Below, piece by piece: positions 11,899 to 21,757 of a stretch of DNA of 64,000 bases. Both the position numbers and the translations under genes were made by a program. Origin of the DNA: an uncultured delta proteobacterium (GTDB lineage: Bacteria > Desulfobacterota > Desulfobacteria > Desulfobacterales > UBA2156); the NCBI GenBank assembly GCA_963736855.1, contig CAVTQK010000009.1, positions 384,001 through 448,000 of the forward strand, given 5' to 3'. Under the pieces are notes generated by a model. The model ran no database searches, was not told the origin of the DNA, and saw only the letters and a program-made list of their open reading frames with translations. Numbering within the stretch: the stretch's first letter is position 1; each line of letters opens with the position of its first letter.

Positions 11899-12707
11899 GG
11901 GAGGATTCCGGATGTTCTCAAGAATTCCCCCACATCCCTGAAAAAAACGCTCCAATCCGGCGGACAGTCATTATGCCCGGCGGGATAAGTGATCATTTTC
12001 CCTTTTTTTGCATTTTCAAAAAGGGTTAACCCGTGCCGATAGGGGATTGTTTCGTCCTTGTCCCCGTGAATGACGAGCACCGGACCTTCAAAGGAACGAA
12101 CAACCGACAGGTTATCAAAAGGATCTCGGACCAGCACCGTCGGCATCAGATAGCGGCGTGCAAAGGAACGGATACTGGTAAACGTAGACATTAAAATAAG
12201 CGCTTTTACCGGCCTCTTGGCAGCCAATGCACAAACGGCGCCACCGCCGAGGGATCGCCCGACCGGAATGATCCGCTTGGAATCCACATCTTTTCGAGAC
12301 ACCAAAAAGTCGTAAGCCTGAACAAAAACTTCGGTAACCGCCTCCTGGGAAGGGGAACCCGCACTCTTTCCATATCCCGGGTACTCCACCATAAACACCC
12401 CCATTCCCAAATCTAAAAAAGGGTAAAAGACTTCGGGCCAGAAATCGATCCGTTCCCCGTTACCGTGGGCAAACAGGACCATGGGGACCGGTTCCTTTGC
12501 CGAATCCCTATCCGGAAGCATCAAATAGGCCTCCACAGGGCCGAAGGACGTTTCGATCCACACGACATGGACGTTTGGGGGAAGCGTCAGGTTCTCAGGC
12601 GGCGGACCGACCATAAAACGGGGAAAAATCATCTGGCGCTGGAGAAGAAACAATAGTCCGCCGTAAACGGCGTATAACCCACCGATTCCGATAAGGATTT
12701 TTGCCAT
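11895..12707 (-). CDS. Alpha/beta hydrolase (ABHD13/BEM46-like)
   Basis: HGNGE, EYPGYG, GRSLGG nucleophile elbow, HGDKDETIP, AGHND; N-terminal TM anchor. Confidence 0.88.
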   Translation of the reverse strand: MAKILIGIGGLYAVYGGLLFLLQRQMIFPRFMVGPPPENLTLPPNVHVVWIETSFGPVEAYLMLPDRDSAKEPVPMVLFAHGNGERIDFWPEVFYPFLDLGMGVFMVEYPGYGKSAGSPSQEAVTEVFVQAYDFLVSRKDVDSKRIIPVGRSLGGGAVCALAAKRPVKALILMSTFTSIRSFARRYLMPTVLVRDPFDNLSVVRSFEGPVLVIHGDKDETIPYRHGLTLFENAKKGKMITYPAGHNDCPPDWSVFFRDVGEFLRTSGILP

Positions 12708-12761
12708 TGTCGATCGCTTCACGAAGGGGTGAGTTCCGCTTGTAAAAGCCTTTAACAATTT

Positions 12762-12916
12762 TGATGAAATTGTAAAAAGTCAAAATTAGGATGGCAAAGT
12801 AAAAAGCTTCAGATGCAAGGCGCGCAAATCCTGAGGAATGAGGCGTACATATGGGTACGCCGCAATGACAAAGGATGTAGTGCAACGCAGCAGATGGACT
12901 TTTTACGAAGCCATCA
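12762..12916. repeat. 155-bp MITE/REP-like intergenic element, copy 2 (inverted relative to copy 1)
   Basis: Reverse complement of 3239..3393; internal hairpin GGCGTAC...GTACGCC and a nested TIR-like motif GATGGCAAAGTAAAAAGC. Confidence 0.9.
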
Positions 12917-12920
12917 ATTT

Positions 12921-13829
12921 TTATTTTGCTATTAAAGACCGAAGCCGATCCAGATTAATGCGGTCATAATCGATGTCGCCCTCGAGTTTGGGCGTTTCGA
13001 TGATCTTGGGAACCTTTTCAAATTTAGGATCCTGCATGATAAATCCGAATGCGGGAAGGCCGATGCTTCCTTCTCCGATGTGTTCATGCCGGTCCACCCG
13101 GGAGCCGAGTTCCCGTTTGGCATCGTTGAGATGGATCACGAAAAGCCGGTGCAGGCCGATGATTCCTTCGAACTCGGTCAGGGTCCTTTCATAGGCGCTT
13201 CTGGTGCGGATGTCGTATCCGGCTGCAAATATGTGGCACGTATCCAGGCAGGCTCCCACCCGCTTTTGATTCGCTATTCCATTCATGATCGATTGAATAT
13301 GCTCAAACCGGCCCCCCACACTTGAACCCTGATCGGCCGTCGTTTCGAGCAGTAATCGTGTCTCCGATCCATGGATCGCATCGAAGATTTCGTTGATCCC
13401 GTCTGTAATCCTCCTGATCCCCTCGGTCACGCCGGCGCCCATGTGATTGCCGGGGTGTAAGATCACAAAGGGAATGGACAGAGCCGAAGACCTTGCAAGC
13501 TCCTGGGTCAGTGCATGGACGGACATCCGGAACTTTTTGGACTCCGGGGATGCCAGATTGAGCAAATACGCGGCATGGGATGCAATATGAGTGATGCCGG
13601 TTTCGATTTTTGCCCGCTCGAAGGCATCGATTTCCTTCTGAGAGAGGGTTCGCTCTTTCCAGGTGCTGGCGTTTTTCGTGAAAATCTGCAGCGCGTTACA
13701 TCCGTAAGAAGCGGCCTCATAGACGGCCCTGGAAAGCCCGTCTGCGATGGAAAAATGGGCTCCCATCAGGTATGGGCGGAGTCGGGTTTTTCCGATTTTG
13801 TTCTCTGAGTGCTGAAAAAGCGTTGTCAT
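12921..13829 (-). CDS. nfo: Endonuclease IV
   Basis: GAHFSI, HAAYLLNL, HPG, LLLET, CLDTCH.FAAGY, HLND, DRHEHIG, IETP. Confidence 0.95.
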   Translation of the reverse strand: MTTLFQHSENKIGKTRLRPYLMGAHFSIADGLSRAVYEAASYGCNALQIFTKNASTWKERTLSQKEIDAFERAKIETGITHIASHAAYLLNLASPESKKFRMSVHALTQELARSSALSIPFVILHPGNHMGAGVTEGIRRITDGINEIFDAIHGSETRLLLETTADQGSSVGGRFEHIQSIMNGIANQKRVGACLDTCHIFAAGYDIRTRSAYERTLTEFEGIIGLHRLFVIHLNDAKRELGSRVDRHEHIGEGSIGLPAFGFIMQDPKFEKVPKIIETPKLEGDIDYDRINLDRLRSLIAK

Positions 13830-13833
13830 TTAT

Positions 13834-13845
13834 TACATTTTTGTA
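13834..13845. promoter_or_regulatory. Palindromic TACA-N4-TGTA site between nfo and the sigma-54 activator gene
   Basis: TACATTTTTGTA; the same motif occurs upstream of the glnD sigma-54 promoter. Confidence 0.45.
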
Positions 13846-13939
13846 TTATCTAAAAAACAGTCGGATACAAAACTTCTTTCCGCGGCATTGGCAAGCCGTG
13901 ATAAAAGGAAACTCGGCAGAATATTCACCGGAGTCTTTG

Positions 13940-15463
13940 ATGCAGCGTATTGAACAAGTCACCCTGTTGTATGAGATCAGCAAGACCCTCCACGAGCACC
14001 TGGACCTTCGCAAATCCTTATACAAGGTTTTGGAGATCCTGTCCAATTCCATGAACATGGCCCGGGGGACCGTTTCCATCCTGGATCCGGTCAGAGATGA
14101 AATCAGCATCGAGGTCGCTCACGGTCTTTCTCGCTCCGCCATCGAGCGGGGCAAATATAAACCCGGGGAAGGTATCACCGGGCGGGTCATCCAAAGCGGA
14201 AAGTCCGTTATCATCCCTAAAATCAGCCAGGAGCCCCAGTTCTTGGACCGTACCGCCTCCCGAAGATCGCAAAACGGCCAGGAACTATCCTTCATCTGTG
14301 TGCCCATCAAAAAAGGAAAACAGGTCATCGGCGCCCTAAGCGCCGATCGACCCTATGATCCGGAGTATCCATTGAAGGACGGACTTCAGTTACTTTCCGT
14401 GATCGCCACAATGATCGCCCAGCACGTCATCAACCTGGAAACCATCCGGCTGGAAAAAGACCAACTCAGGGAAGAAAACCTCCGTCTCAGAAATGAACTG
14501 ACGGACAAATATCGGTTCGCCAACATCGTGGGAAACAGCAACAAGATGCGGGAGGTGTTTCAGATGATCTCGCACGTTTCCCAGAGCAACGCCACGGTCC
14601 TGATCCGGGGAGAGAGTGGAACCGGGAAGGAACTCGTGGCCAACTCCATCCACTACAACAGCCTGCGGTCCAAGAATTCGTTCGTCAAGGTCAACTGTGT
14701 GGCCCTTCCCGCTAACCTCATCGAAAGCGAGCTGTTCGGACATGAAAAAGGCGCCTTTACAGGTGCCGTCCGGCAAAAGTTCGGGAAATTCGAGATGGCG
14801 GACAAGGGCTCCATTTTCTTAGACGAGATCGGTTCCATCGATGTGGATGTTCAGGTCAAATTGCTTCGTGTGCTCCAGGAAAAGGAGTTCGAAAGGGTCG
14901 GGGGTCATAAAACCCTGAAAGTCGACGTCCGCATCATCGCAGCCACCAACAAGGATCTGGAAAAAGCCGTGGAAGAAGAAACCTTTCGGGGTGATCTATA
15001 CTATCGCCTCAACGTGTTTCCCATTTATATGCCGCCACTGAGGGAACACAAAACCGACATACTCCTTTTAGCCGATTTCTTCTTGGAAAAATACGCCCGG
15101 GAGAATAAAAAGGATATCCGTCGCTTTTCCACGCCTGCCATCGACATGCTCATGCAGTACCATTGGCCCGGCAACGTCCGGGAACTCGAAAACTGCATCG
15201 AGCGAGCGGTGTTGTTGTGTGAGGAAGGAGTCGTCCACAGCTACCACCTTCCCCCGACACTACAGACCGGTACCGAATCCGACACGCTCCCGGCCCGCTC
15301 CCTGGAGGAGGCCGTGGAAAACCTGGAACGGGAGATGATCATCGACTCCTTGAAAAACACCCGGGGAAACACCACCCAGGCCGCTGCCCTCCTCAAGACC
15401 ACCCTCCGCAGGTTCGCCTACAAGGCCAAGCGGTACGGCATCAATTATCGGCAGTATCGCTGA
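13940..15463 (+). CDS. GAF-domain sigma-54-dependent transcriptional activator (NifA-like architecture)
   Basis: N-terminal GAF (GEGITGRV, FICVPI), GESGTGKE, ESELFGHEKGAFTGA, FLDEIG, WPGNVRELEN, C-terminal Fis-type HTH; likely start MQRIEQ. Confidence 0.92.
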   Translation: MQRIEQVTLLYEISKTLHEHLDLRKSLYKVLEILSNSMNMARGTVSILDPVRDEISIEVAHGLSRSAIERGKYKPGEGITGRVIQSGKSVIIPKISQEPQFLDRTASRRSQNGQELSFICVPIKKGKQVIGALSADRPYDPEYPLKDGLQLLSVIATMIAQHVINLETIRLEKDQLREENLRLRNELTDKYRFANIVGNSNKMREVFQMISHVSQSNATVLIRGESGTGKELVANSIHYNSLRSKNSFVKVNCVALPANLIESELFGHEKGAFTGAVRQKFGKFEMADKGSIFLDEIGSIDVDVQVKLLRVLQEKEFERVGGHKTLKVDVRIIAATNKDLEKAVEEETFRGDLYYRLNVFPIYMPPLREHKTDILLLADFFLEKYARENKKDIRRFSTPAIDMLMQYHWPGNVRELENCIERAVLLCEEGVVHSYHLPPTLQTGTESDTLPARSLEEAVENLEREMIIDSLKNTRGNTTQAAALLKTTLRRFAYKAKRYGINYRQYR

Positions 15464-15576
15464 ACCGAACGCTGGGGCAGTGGAAAAATACGGCTTCCTT
15501 CGAATCGGAACTAGCCGATCAGACTGTGATTTGATTCAGATGAAACAACGATGAGAATGGAAGAAGGGTCGGGTTT

Positions 15577-15610
15577 GTCCGGGCGGTCCGGTGATCGGGC
15601 CGCCCGAGAC
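15577..15610. terminator. GC-rich hairpin between the convergent activator gene and glnA
   Basis: CGGGCGGTCCG-gtgat-CGGGCCGCCCG; no clear U tract on either strand. Confidence 0.4.
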
Positions 15611-15618
15611 GATGGTGC

Positions 15619-17034
15619 TTAAATGTCGAAATACAGCAAAAATTCATGGGGATGGGGTCGCAGCCGGACCGGATTTATTTCATGTTTTTGCTTGTAATCG
15701 ACCCACATATCGATGACATCCTGGGTGAAGACATCCCCTTTCATGAGAAACGCGGTATCTTCTTTCAGGGCTGCAAGGGACTCGTCCAGGGAACCTGGGG
15801 CGGATTCGATTTCAGCCAGTTCTTCCGGGGGTAAGTCATAGATATTTTTATCCAGGGGATCGCCGGGATCCATCTTGTTTTCGATGCCATCTAAAACCGC
15901 CATGAGAACGGCTGAAAAGGCCATGTAGCCGTTGCACGAAGGGTCCGGAGTCCTGAATTCAATGCGTTTGGCCTTGGGTGATGTCGAATACATCGGTATC
16001 CGGATGGCCGCGCTCCGGTTCCGGCTGGAGTAAGCCAGGTTGACGGGCGCCTCGAAGCCGGGAACCAGCCGCTTATAGGAATTCGTCGTAGGATTGGTGA
16101 AAGCGCACAGCGCCTTGCAATGTTTCAAGATCCCGCCGATGCCCCAGAGGGCTTCCTGGGAAAGGCCGGCATACTTGTCCCCGGCAAAAAGTGTTTTTCC
16201 CCCCTTCCAGATGCTGACATGGATGTGCATCCCGGACCCGTTGTCTTCAAACAGGGGCTTGGGCATGAAGGTTACGGTATGGCCGTGCCGAGTGGCTACG
16301 TTCTTGATCACGTACTTGAACCACATGAGCTGATCGGCCATCTCCACCAGAGGTTTAAATCGCATGTCGATTTCCGACTGGCCTGCCGTAGCCACCTCGT
16401 GGTGCTGGGCCTCAATGGGAATCCCGAGCTTCTCGAGGGTCATCAGCATCTCAGTGCGCAGATCCTGGAACTTGTCCATGGGCGGCACCGGGAAATAGCC
16501 TTCTTTTTGCCGGGGTTTATACCCCAAGTTCGGACATTCATCCCGGCCGCTGTTCCAGATCCCTTCCACGGAATCAATCTCATAAAACGCCCGGTTCCGC
16601 GACGATTCGAACCGGATATCGTCGAAGATGAAAAATTCGGCTTCGGGACCGAAAAAGGCCGTATCACCAATCCCGGTGCTTCTAAGATAGGTTTCCGCTT
16701 TTCGGGCAATGAAGCGCGGATCCCGCGAATAACTTTCCCGGGTCACCGGATCAACGATGTCACAGATCAAAACCAAAGTGGAAACCTCGAAAAAGGGATC
16801 CATTTTTGCAGTTTTAGGGTCCGGTATCACCAGCATGTCGCTGGCGTTGATGGGCTGCCAGCCGCGGATGCTGGAAGCGTCGAACCCGAATCCGTCTTCG
16901 AAACTGGATTCTTCCAGTTCGCCGATGGGCACCGTAAAATGCTGCCACAATCCCGGAAAGTCCATGAACCGAAGATCTACGACCTTGGCCCCGTTTTCCT
17001 GGGCCATTTTTAAAACGTCCGTTGATGTTGCCAT
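15619..17034 (-). CDS. glnA: Glutamine synthetase type I (GSI-beta)
   Basis: [53 protein letters not shown], adenylylation site NIYDLPPEE. Confidence 0.97.
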   Translation of the reverse strand: MATSTDVLKMAQENGAKVVDLRFMDFPGLWQHFTVPIGELEESSFEDGFGFDASSIRGWQPINASDMLVIPDPKTAKMDPFFEVSTLVLICDIVDPVTRESYSRDPRFIARKAETYLRSTGIGDTAFFGPEAEFFIFDDIRFESSRNRAFYEIDSVEGIWNSGRDECPNLGYKPRQKEGYFPVPPMDKFQDLRTEMLMTLEKLGIPIEAQHHEVATAGQSEIDMRFKPLVEMADQLMWFKYVIKNVATRHGHTVTFMPKPLFEDNGSGMHIHVSIWKGGKTLFAGDKYAGLSQEALWGIGGILKHCKALCAFTNPTTNSYKRLVPGFEAPVNLAYSSRNRSAAIRIPMYSTSPKAKRIEFRTPDPSCNGYMAFSAVLMAVLDGIENKMDPGDPLDKNIYDLPPEELAEIESAPGSLDESLAALKEDTAFLMKGDVFTQDVIDMWVDYKQKHEINPVRLRPHPHEFLLYFDI

Positions 17035-17143
17035 AAAAGCACCTCCTTTATTGTATGTTATTTGGGTGATGATTCATTTGAAACCGTTCTCGCTCGTTTG
17101 TCATTTCAAATTCATTTGAAACTTTCCCTGTACCGATCTTGCA

Positions 17144-17527
<384 letters not shown>

Positions 17528-18850
17528 TCAGACGATCTCAAATGCCCTCTCGCCATGAATTGAACTGTCGAGACCTTCGATTTCCTTCTCCGCCGGAACC
17601 CTCAGGCCGCCGGTTATCAAACTCGTCACTCCGATGACGATACCCGTACCCACGAGCGTGAACGCCGCGGTAGCCAGAATGGAAAGCACTTGGATCCAAA
17701 GCTGTTTCGGATTCCCATAAAAAAGCCCTTTCCCGGTTTCAATAATGGCCGGATTGGCAAAAAGGCCGGTAGCCAAGGCGCCCCACATGCCACACATCCC
17801 ATGAACGCCGAAAGCATCCAGGGAGTCGTCGTACCCTGCCCGACGTTTCAGTATGGCCACGGAAAAAAAGCCCAAAAGACCTGCGACCAGCCCGATCACC
17901 AGGGATGCCGGAAGATCCACGAAACCGGCCGCCGGCGTGATGGCCACCAGCCCTGCGACGATTCCGGAGGCGATTCCAAGTACCGTCGGCTTCCGGGTGA
18001 CGATCCACTCGGCGAACATCCACACCAGGGCTGCGGTAGCAGCCGATGTGTTGGTCACCAGAAAAGCCGATCCGGCCACCCCGTCTGCCGCCAACTGGCT
18101 TCCGGCATTGAAGCCGAACCACCCGAACCATAGCATGGCTGCCCCCAACGCCGTCAGGACGACGCTGGAGGGAAACATGGCCTCCTTACGATACCCGATC
18201 CGCTTCCCCACCACCAGTGCCAGAACAAGGCCTGCGAATCCGGCATTGATGTGCACCACAGTTCCGCCGGCAAAATCGAGGGCGCCCATCTTGGCCATCC
18301 ATCCCCCTCCCCAAACCCAGTGGGCTATCGGACAATAAACCAAAGTGACCCACAGCAGCGTGAAAATGATCCATGAGGAAAATTTCATTCGGTCCACAAT
18401 GGAGCCCAAGACGAGGGCCACGGTAATCCCGGCAAAGGTCATCTGGAAAAGGGCGAAAACCGACGTTGGGATGGTACCGTACATGCTCCCCACTCCGATA
18501 TCTTTCATGAAGACATGGTTCAGCCCGCCGATGATGCCCGCCTTGTCCGGCCCGAAGGCTAGTGTGTAACCCCACAGCATCCAGATCACGCTGGCCAGAC
18601 AATAAGCCACCAAGGTCATGGCAAGGGTGTTGAGCATATTCTTGTAACGGGACATGCCGCCGTAAAAAAGCGCCAACCCCGCCGGGGTCATCATCATGAC
18701 TAGGGCCGTGGAAACGATCATCCAGGCGGTATTTCCGGAATCCAATCCCTCTCCGGCAAAGGCATATGATATCGGCATTGCGGATAAAAGGGCTGCCGAC
18801 AGAATTTTTTTCAAACCAAAGTATCTCTTCACGACCGCTCTCCTTCTCAA
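17528..18850 (-). CDS. amtB: Ammonium transporter
   Basis: GLALFYGG, FQMTFA, HWVWGGG, DFAGGTVVH, LWFGWFGFN, DDSLDAFGVHG; the true start may be the GTG at about 18832. Confidence 0.96.
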   Translation of the reverse strand: MRRRAVVKRYFGLKKILSAALLSAMPISYAFAGEGLDSGNTAWMIVSTALVMMMTPAGLALFYGGMSRYKNMLNTLAMTLVAYCLASVIWMLWGYTLAFGPDKAGIIGGLNHVFMKDIGVGSMYGTIPTSVFALFQMTFAGITVALVLGSIVDRMKFSSWIIFTLLWVTLVYCPIAHWVWGGGWMAKMGALDFAGGTVVHINAGFAGLVLALVVGKRIGYRKEAMFPSSVVLTALGAAMLWFGWFGFNAGSQLAADGVAGSAFLVTNTSAATAALVWMFAEWIVTRKPTVLGIASGIVAGLVAITPAAGFVDLPASLVIGLVAGLLGFFSVAILKRRAGYDDSLDAFGVHGMCGMWGALATGLFANPAIIETGKGLFYGNPKQLWIQVLSILATAAFTLVGTGIVIGVTSLITGGLRVPAEKEIEGLDSSIHGERAFEIV

Positions 18851-18872
18851 TTAATGGTTTTGGGTTTTATCT

Positions 18873-21557
18873 TCAAAATCGGGCCTGCTTTCCTTCTTTT
18901 TGTCCATCTCGCGCCGCCAAGGGGCGCTGCAATGCAGCCTCCAGCGCTTTCCGGATCGATGCTTCCTGTTCCTGACTGTCGACCTTTTGTCCCTCCAGGT
19001 CCTTGACGTAAAAAACATCCACCACCTGATCCACCTTCGTAGAAATCTTGGCCACTCCGATATCGAGGCCGCACTGGAAAATGGCATTGCTGACGACATA
19101 TAAAAGTCCGGGGAAATCGTCGGCAAAAACCTCGATGAGGGTGAAAAAGTTGGAACTGGCGTTGTCCACCTTGATCTTTACCGGCCGCTTCGCCCCCCGA
19201 ACCCGGGTCGGTCGACCGGAAAAAATTTTATTTTCCAGGGCTTTTGAAAGATTCAGTACTCCGGAAAGTGCCCCATCCAGATGTTTTCGAGCCCGCTCCC
19301 ATCGTTCCTCTTCAAACAGGGTATCCGGCGGCGGCTTCACCGTGAAGATATCCAGGGCTGTTCCATTTTTCCAGGTGAAGGCCTGGACATCTAAAATATC
19401 GATGCTATTGAGCGTCATTACTCCGGCAATCTTTGAAAAGAGACCGGGACGATCCTTGGCGCACAGAGTGATCTCTCTTGTCTCTGGATCTTCCCCTTTG
19501 GCTACTTTCCAGATGAACTCTTTTTCGGCCAACCGCCGGTACATGAACACGTGACTCAAGATGGCTTCCGTTGAAACGGAGATCAGGTACCGGGGAGACA
19601 TGACGCTCAAAAGCCTGGCCATTTCGGCTTTTTCTTCGGTGCTTTTGACTGTCTGAACCAGGGCTAATCCTTTGGACTCCACCCTTTCCGTGACCTCCCG
19701 GGTTGCCAGTTCTCCCTTTTCGAGAATCCTCAAGGTCTTTAAAAACAGATCTCTCAAAAGGGCGTCCGCCCAGCCTGTCCATGCCTTGGGGCCAGTGGCC
19801 ATGGAGTCGGCTATCGTTAAAAGATAGAGCATCTTCAAGCATTCAGGATCCCTGATTCGGCGGGCGCAGAAAATGGCTGTTTCTTCATCCTGAAGATCGC
19901 GACGGGTGGCTGATTTCATCAGGAAGAGATGTTCCTTGATCAATAAAAAAACGGTCTCGGTATCCCCGGAGGAATAGCCTTTGTCTTCCAATACCGCCCG
20001 GGCCATGACAGCCCCCTCTTGGGCGTGATCCCCCTTCGAAGTCCCCTTCCCGATGTCATGAAGCAGGGCCGCCCAGAAAAGCAGCTTCTTTTTTTTGATC
20101 TCCGAAAAAAGCTTGGCTAAGATCGGATCCTTCGAACCGTTTTCTTTTTCCCCTAAACGATGCAAGGCCTTCACGGTGTGCAAAAGATGCAGATCCACGG
20201 GAAACAGATGATAGGCGTCATACTGAATGCGATGGATCACACCTTTAAGCTGAGGGATAAAAGCCGTCATGAATCCGGAATCCATCATCTCCTTGAGCAC
20301 CGGAAAGGCCCTGGAGGATGTGAGGATGCGCTCAAAGGAACGGAGGATGATCTGAGAACTTGCGTCGATAAGATGGGCAAGGTCCTGAACCAACCTCTTG
20401 GCCTCCCCGCTCAAGGGTATGTTCAAGCGAAGACTCTCTTCAAAGATCTCAATCAAAAGCTTTGGAGATTTCAGAACCGCCTCGGTTGATGTAAAAGAGA
20501 GCATATCGTTTTCCACGAACAGATCTTGAATCCGCGCCTGTTTTCGGGACCTTTTCTTCCGGCCGGAGGGTCTGTCAAGGCCTTGTTCGTATAGAAATCG
20601 AAGATGCTGTTGTTTGATGAAATCCATCTGGCCTTGCAAGGTGCTCAGAAACACCTCCACCGGCTCCTGACCGTTGATTTTTTTAAACCCCATGGAATCC
20701 GCCAGGTGGATCTGATTTTCGAAAAGGAGTCGGTCCCATTTCCTTCCCGACATGAGATGGAGGCGATTCCGGACATCCCAGATAAAGGCCAGCGCCTTTT
20801 TCAGAGATTCGAATTCCTTGTGGGAGAGGTATCCGATATATTCCAGTTCCCTGGGCTCTTTGAGATCGAACCGAATCCGCGCAATCCACAACAGCGTGTG
20901 ATAATCCCTTAAGCCGCCTTGCCCCTCCTTGAGATTCGGCTCTAAAAGATCGCTGGAATCGCCGAATTGGTAATGTCGGTTACGGTTGGTCTGGACCAGC
21001 CATTCGATTACCGCCTTTCCGTGTTTGGCCAGGACCTTCTCCCTAAGGCTTTCAGAAAGACGCGATGCCACCGGAGACATGCCGCAAACGAATCGGGCGT
21101 CCAAAAGGGGTGTCAGCATCTCGAAATCCTTTTTACACAATAAGAGACACTCCTTGAGGGTACGCACGGCATAACCGACGTCCATACCGATATCCCACAA
21201 GGGATAGACCACCTCTCGAATCAGGCCATCGGCCTTTTGCGGGATCCTGTTTTCAAATAAGAAAAGGAGGTCCACGTCGGAATGCACACATTGCTCCTGC
21301 CTGCCGTAACCGCCGAGGGCGATGATGGCGTAAGGATTGGCGCTGATTCGGATGGCAGGGCCGATGGTGGAGGCCTCGAAAGACGTCCGGAAATATTCAT
21401 CCAGCAACTGAGCATGACGTTTTAAAAAATCCGGCGATGAAACGGAAATAAGCTCCTTGAATAACGCACTCCGCTTCTTTTTGAGTATGGCGGCGGCATC
21501 TGTCCGGGTTTCCCCTTTCAGATTGCTTCCGTTGAAGTCCGATTTTTCCCTTTTCAT
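18873..21557 (-). CDS. glnD: PII uridylyltransferase/uridylyl-removing enzyme
   Basis: GGYGR...SDVDLL NT domain, EPNLKEGQGGLRD, LLHDIGKG HD domain, two ACT domains (DRPGLF, DDFPGLL); start placed downstream of the sigma-54 promoter. Confidence 0.93.
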   Translation of the reverse strand: MKREKSDFNGSNLKGETRTDAAAILKKKRSALFKELISVSSPDFLKRHAQLLDEYFRTSFEASTIGPAIRISANPYAIIALGGYGRQEQCVHSDVDLLFLFENRIPQKADGLIREVVYPLWDIGMDVGYAVRTLKECLLLCKKDFEMLTPLLDARFVCGMSPVASRLSESLREKVLAKHGKAVIEWLVQTNRNRHYQFGDSSDLLEPNLKEGQGGLRDYHTLLWIARIRFDLKEPRELEYIGYLSHKEFESLKKALAFIWDVRNRLHLMSGRKWDRLLFENQIHLADSMGFKKINGQEPVEVFLSTLQGQMDFIKQQHLRFLYEQGLDRPSGRKKRSRKQARIQDLFVENDMLSFTSTEAVLKSPKLLIEIFEESLRLNIPLSGEAKRLVQDLAHLIDASSQIILRSFERILTSSRAFPVLKEMMDSGFMTAFIPQLKGVIHRIQYDAYHLFPVDLHLLHTVKALHRLGEKENGSKDPILAKLFSEIKKKKLLFWAALLHDIGKGTSKGDHAQEGAVMARAVLEDKGYSSGDTETVFLLIKEHLFLMKSATRRDLQDEETAIFCARRIRDPECLKMLYLLTIADSMATGPKAWTGWADALLRDLFLKTLRILEKGELATREVTERVESKGLALVQTVKSTEEKAEMARLLSVMSPRYLISVSTEAILSHVFMYRRLAEKEFIWKVAKGEDPETREITLCAKDRPGLFSKIAGVMTLNSIDILDVQAFTWKNGTALDIFTVKPPPDTLFEEERWERARKHLDGALSGVLNLSKALENKIFSGRPTRVRGAKRPVKIKVDNASSNFFTLIEVFADDFPGLLYVVSNAIFQCGLDIGVAKISTKVDQVVDVFYVKDLEGQKVDSQEQEASIRKALEAALQRPLAARDGQKEGKQARF

Positions 21558-21605
21558 GCACACTTCGCCTTTGAGTTTCTTTCGAACCAATAACCGGTTC
21601 AATCA

Positions 21606-21621
21606 AGCAAACACCGTGCCA
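21606..21621 (-). promoter_or_regulatory. Sigma-54 (-24/-12) promoter of glnD-amtB-glnK-glnA
   Basis: Minus strand TGGCACGGTGTTTGCT is a perfect TGGCAC-N5-TTGC consensus, about 50 nt upstream of the glnD ATG. Confidence 0.88.
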
Positions 21622-21698
21622 GAAATCATCATGTTCATTTTAATCAAGGACACCTGCATGTTAAGGCTCATTAAATCATAATGAAAACAAAATATAAA

Positions 21699-21742
21699 TT
21701 ACAATTATGTAATAAAAAATGATAAATATTACAAATATGGAA
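21699..21742. promoter_or_regulatory. Putative tandem upstream activator sequences
   Basis: TTACAATTATGTAA (21699-21712) and TTACAAATATGGAA (21729-21742), 30 bp apart, 80-120 bp upstream of the -24 box in AT-rich DNA. Confidence 0.55.
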
Positions 21743-21757
21743 ATAACTTCGGTCCGG

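Noticed and set aside
13940..15463. Calling the activator nifA and inferring nitrogen fixation
   Set aside because: The architecture fits, but there are no nif genes in the window and no TGT-N10-ACA site was seen at the target promoter
16120..17013. Long antisense ORFs (also 29986..30870, 36516..37322, 41902..42747, 52028..52918, 56032..56940)
   Set aside because: Shadows of well-supported genes on the opposite strand, with no recognisable motifs
21560..21576. ANTAR-like loop (C-AAAGGC-G) in the glnD 5' UTR
   Set aside because: Single bulged weak stem, with no partner hairpin or terminator
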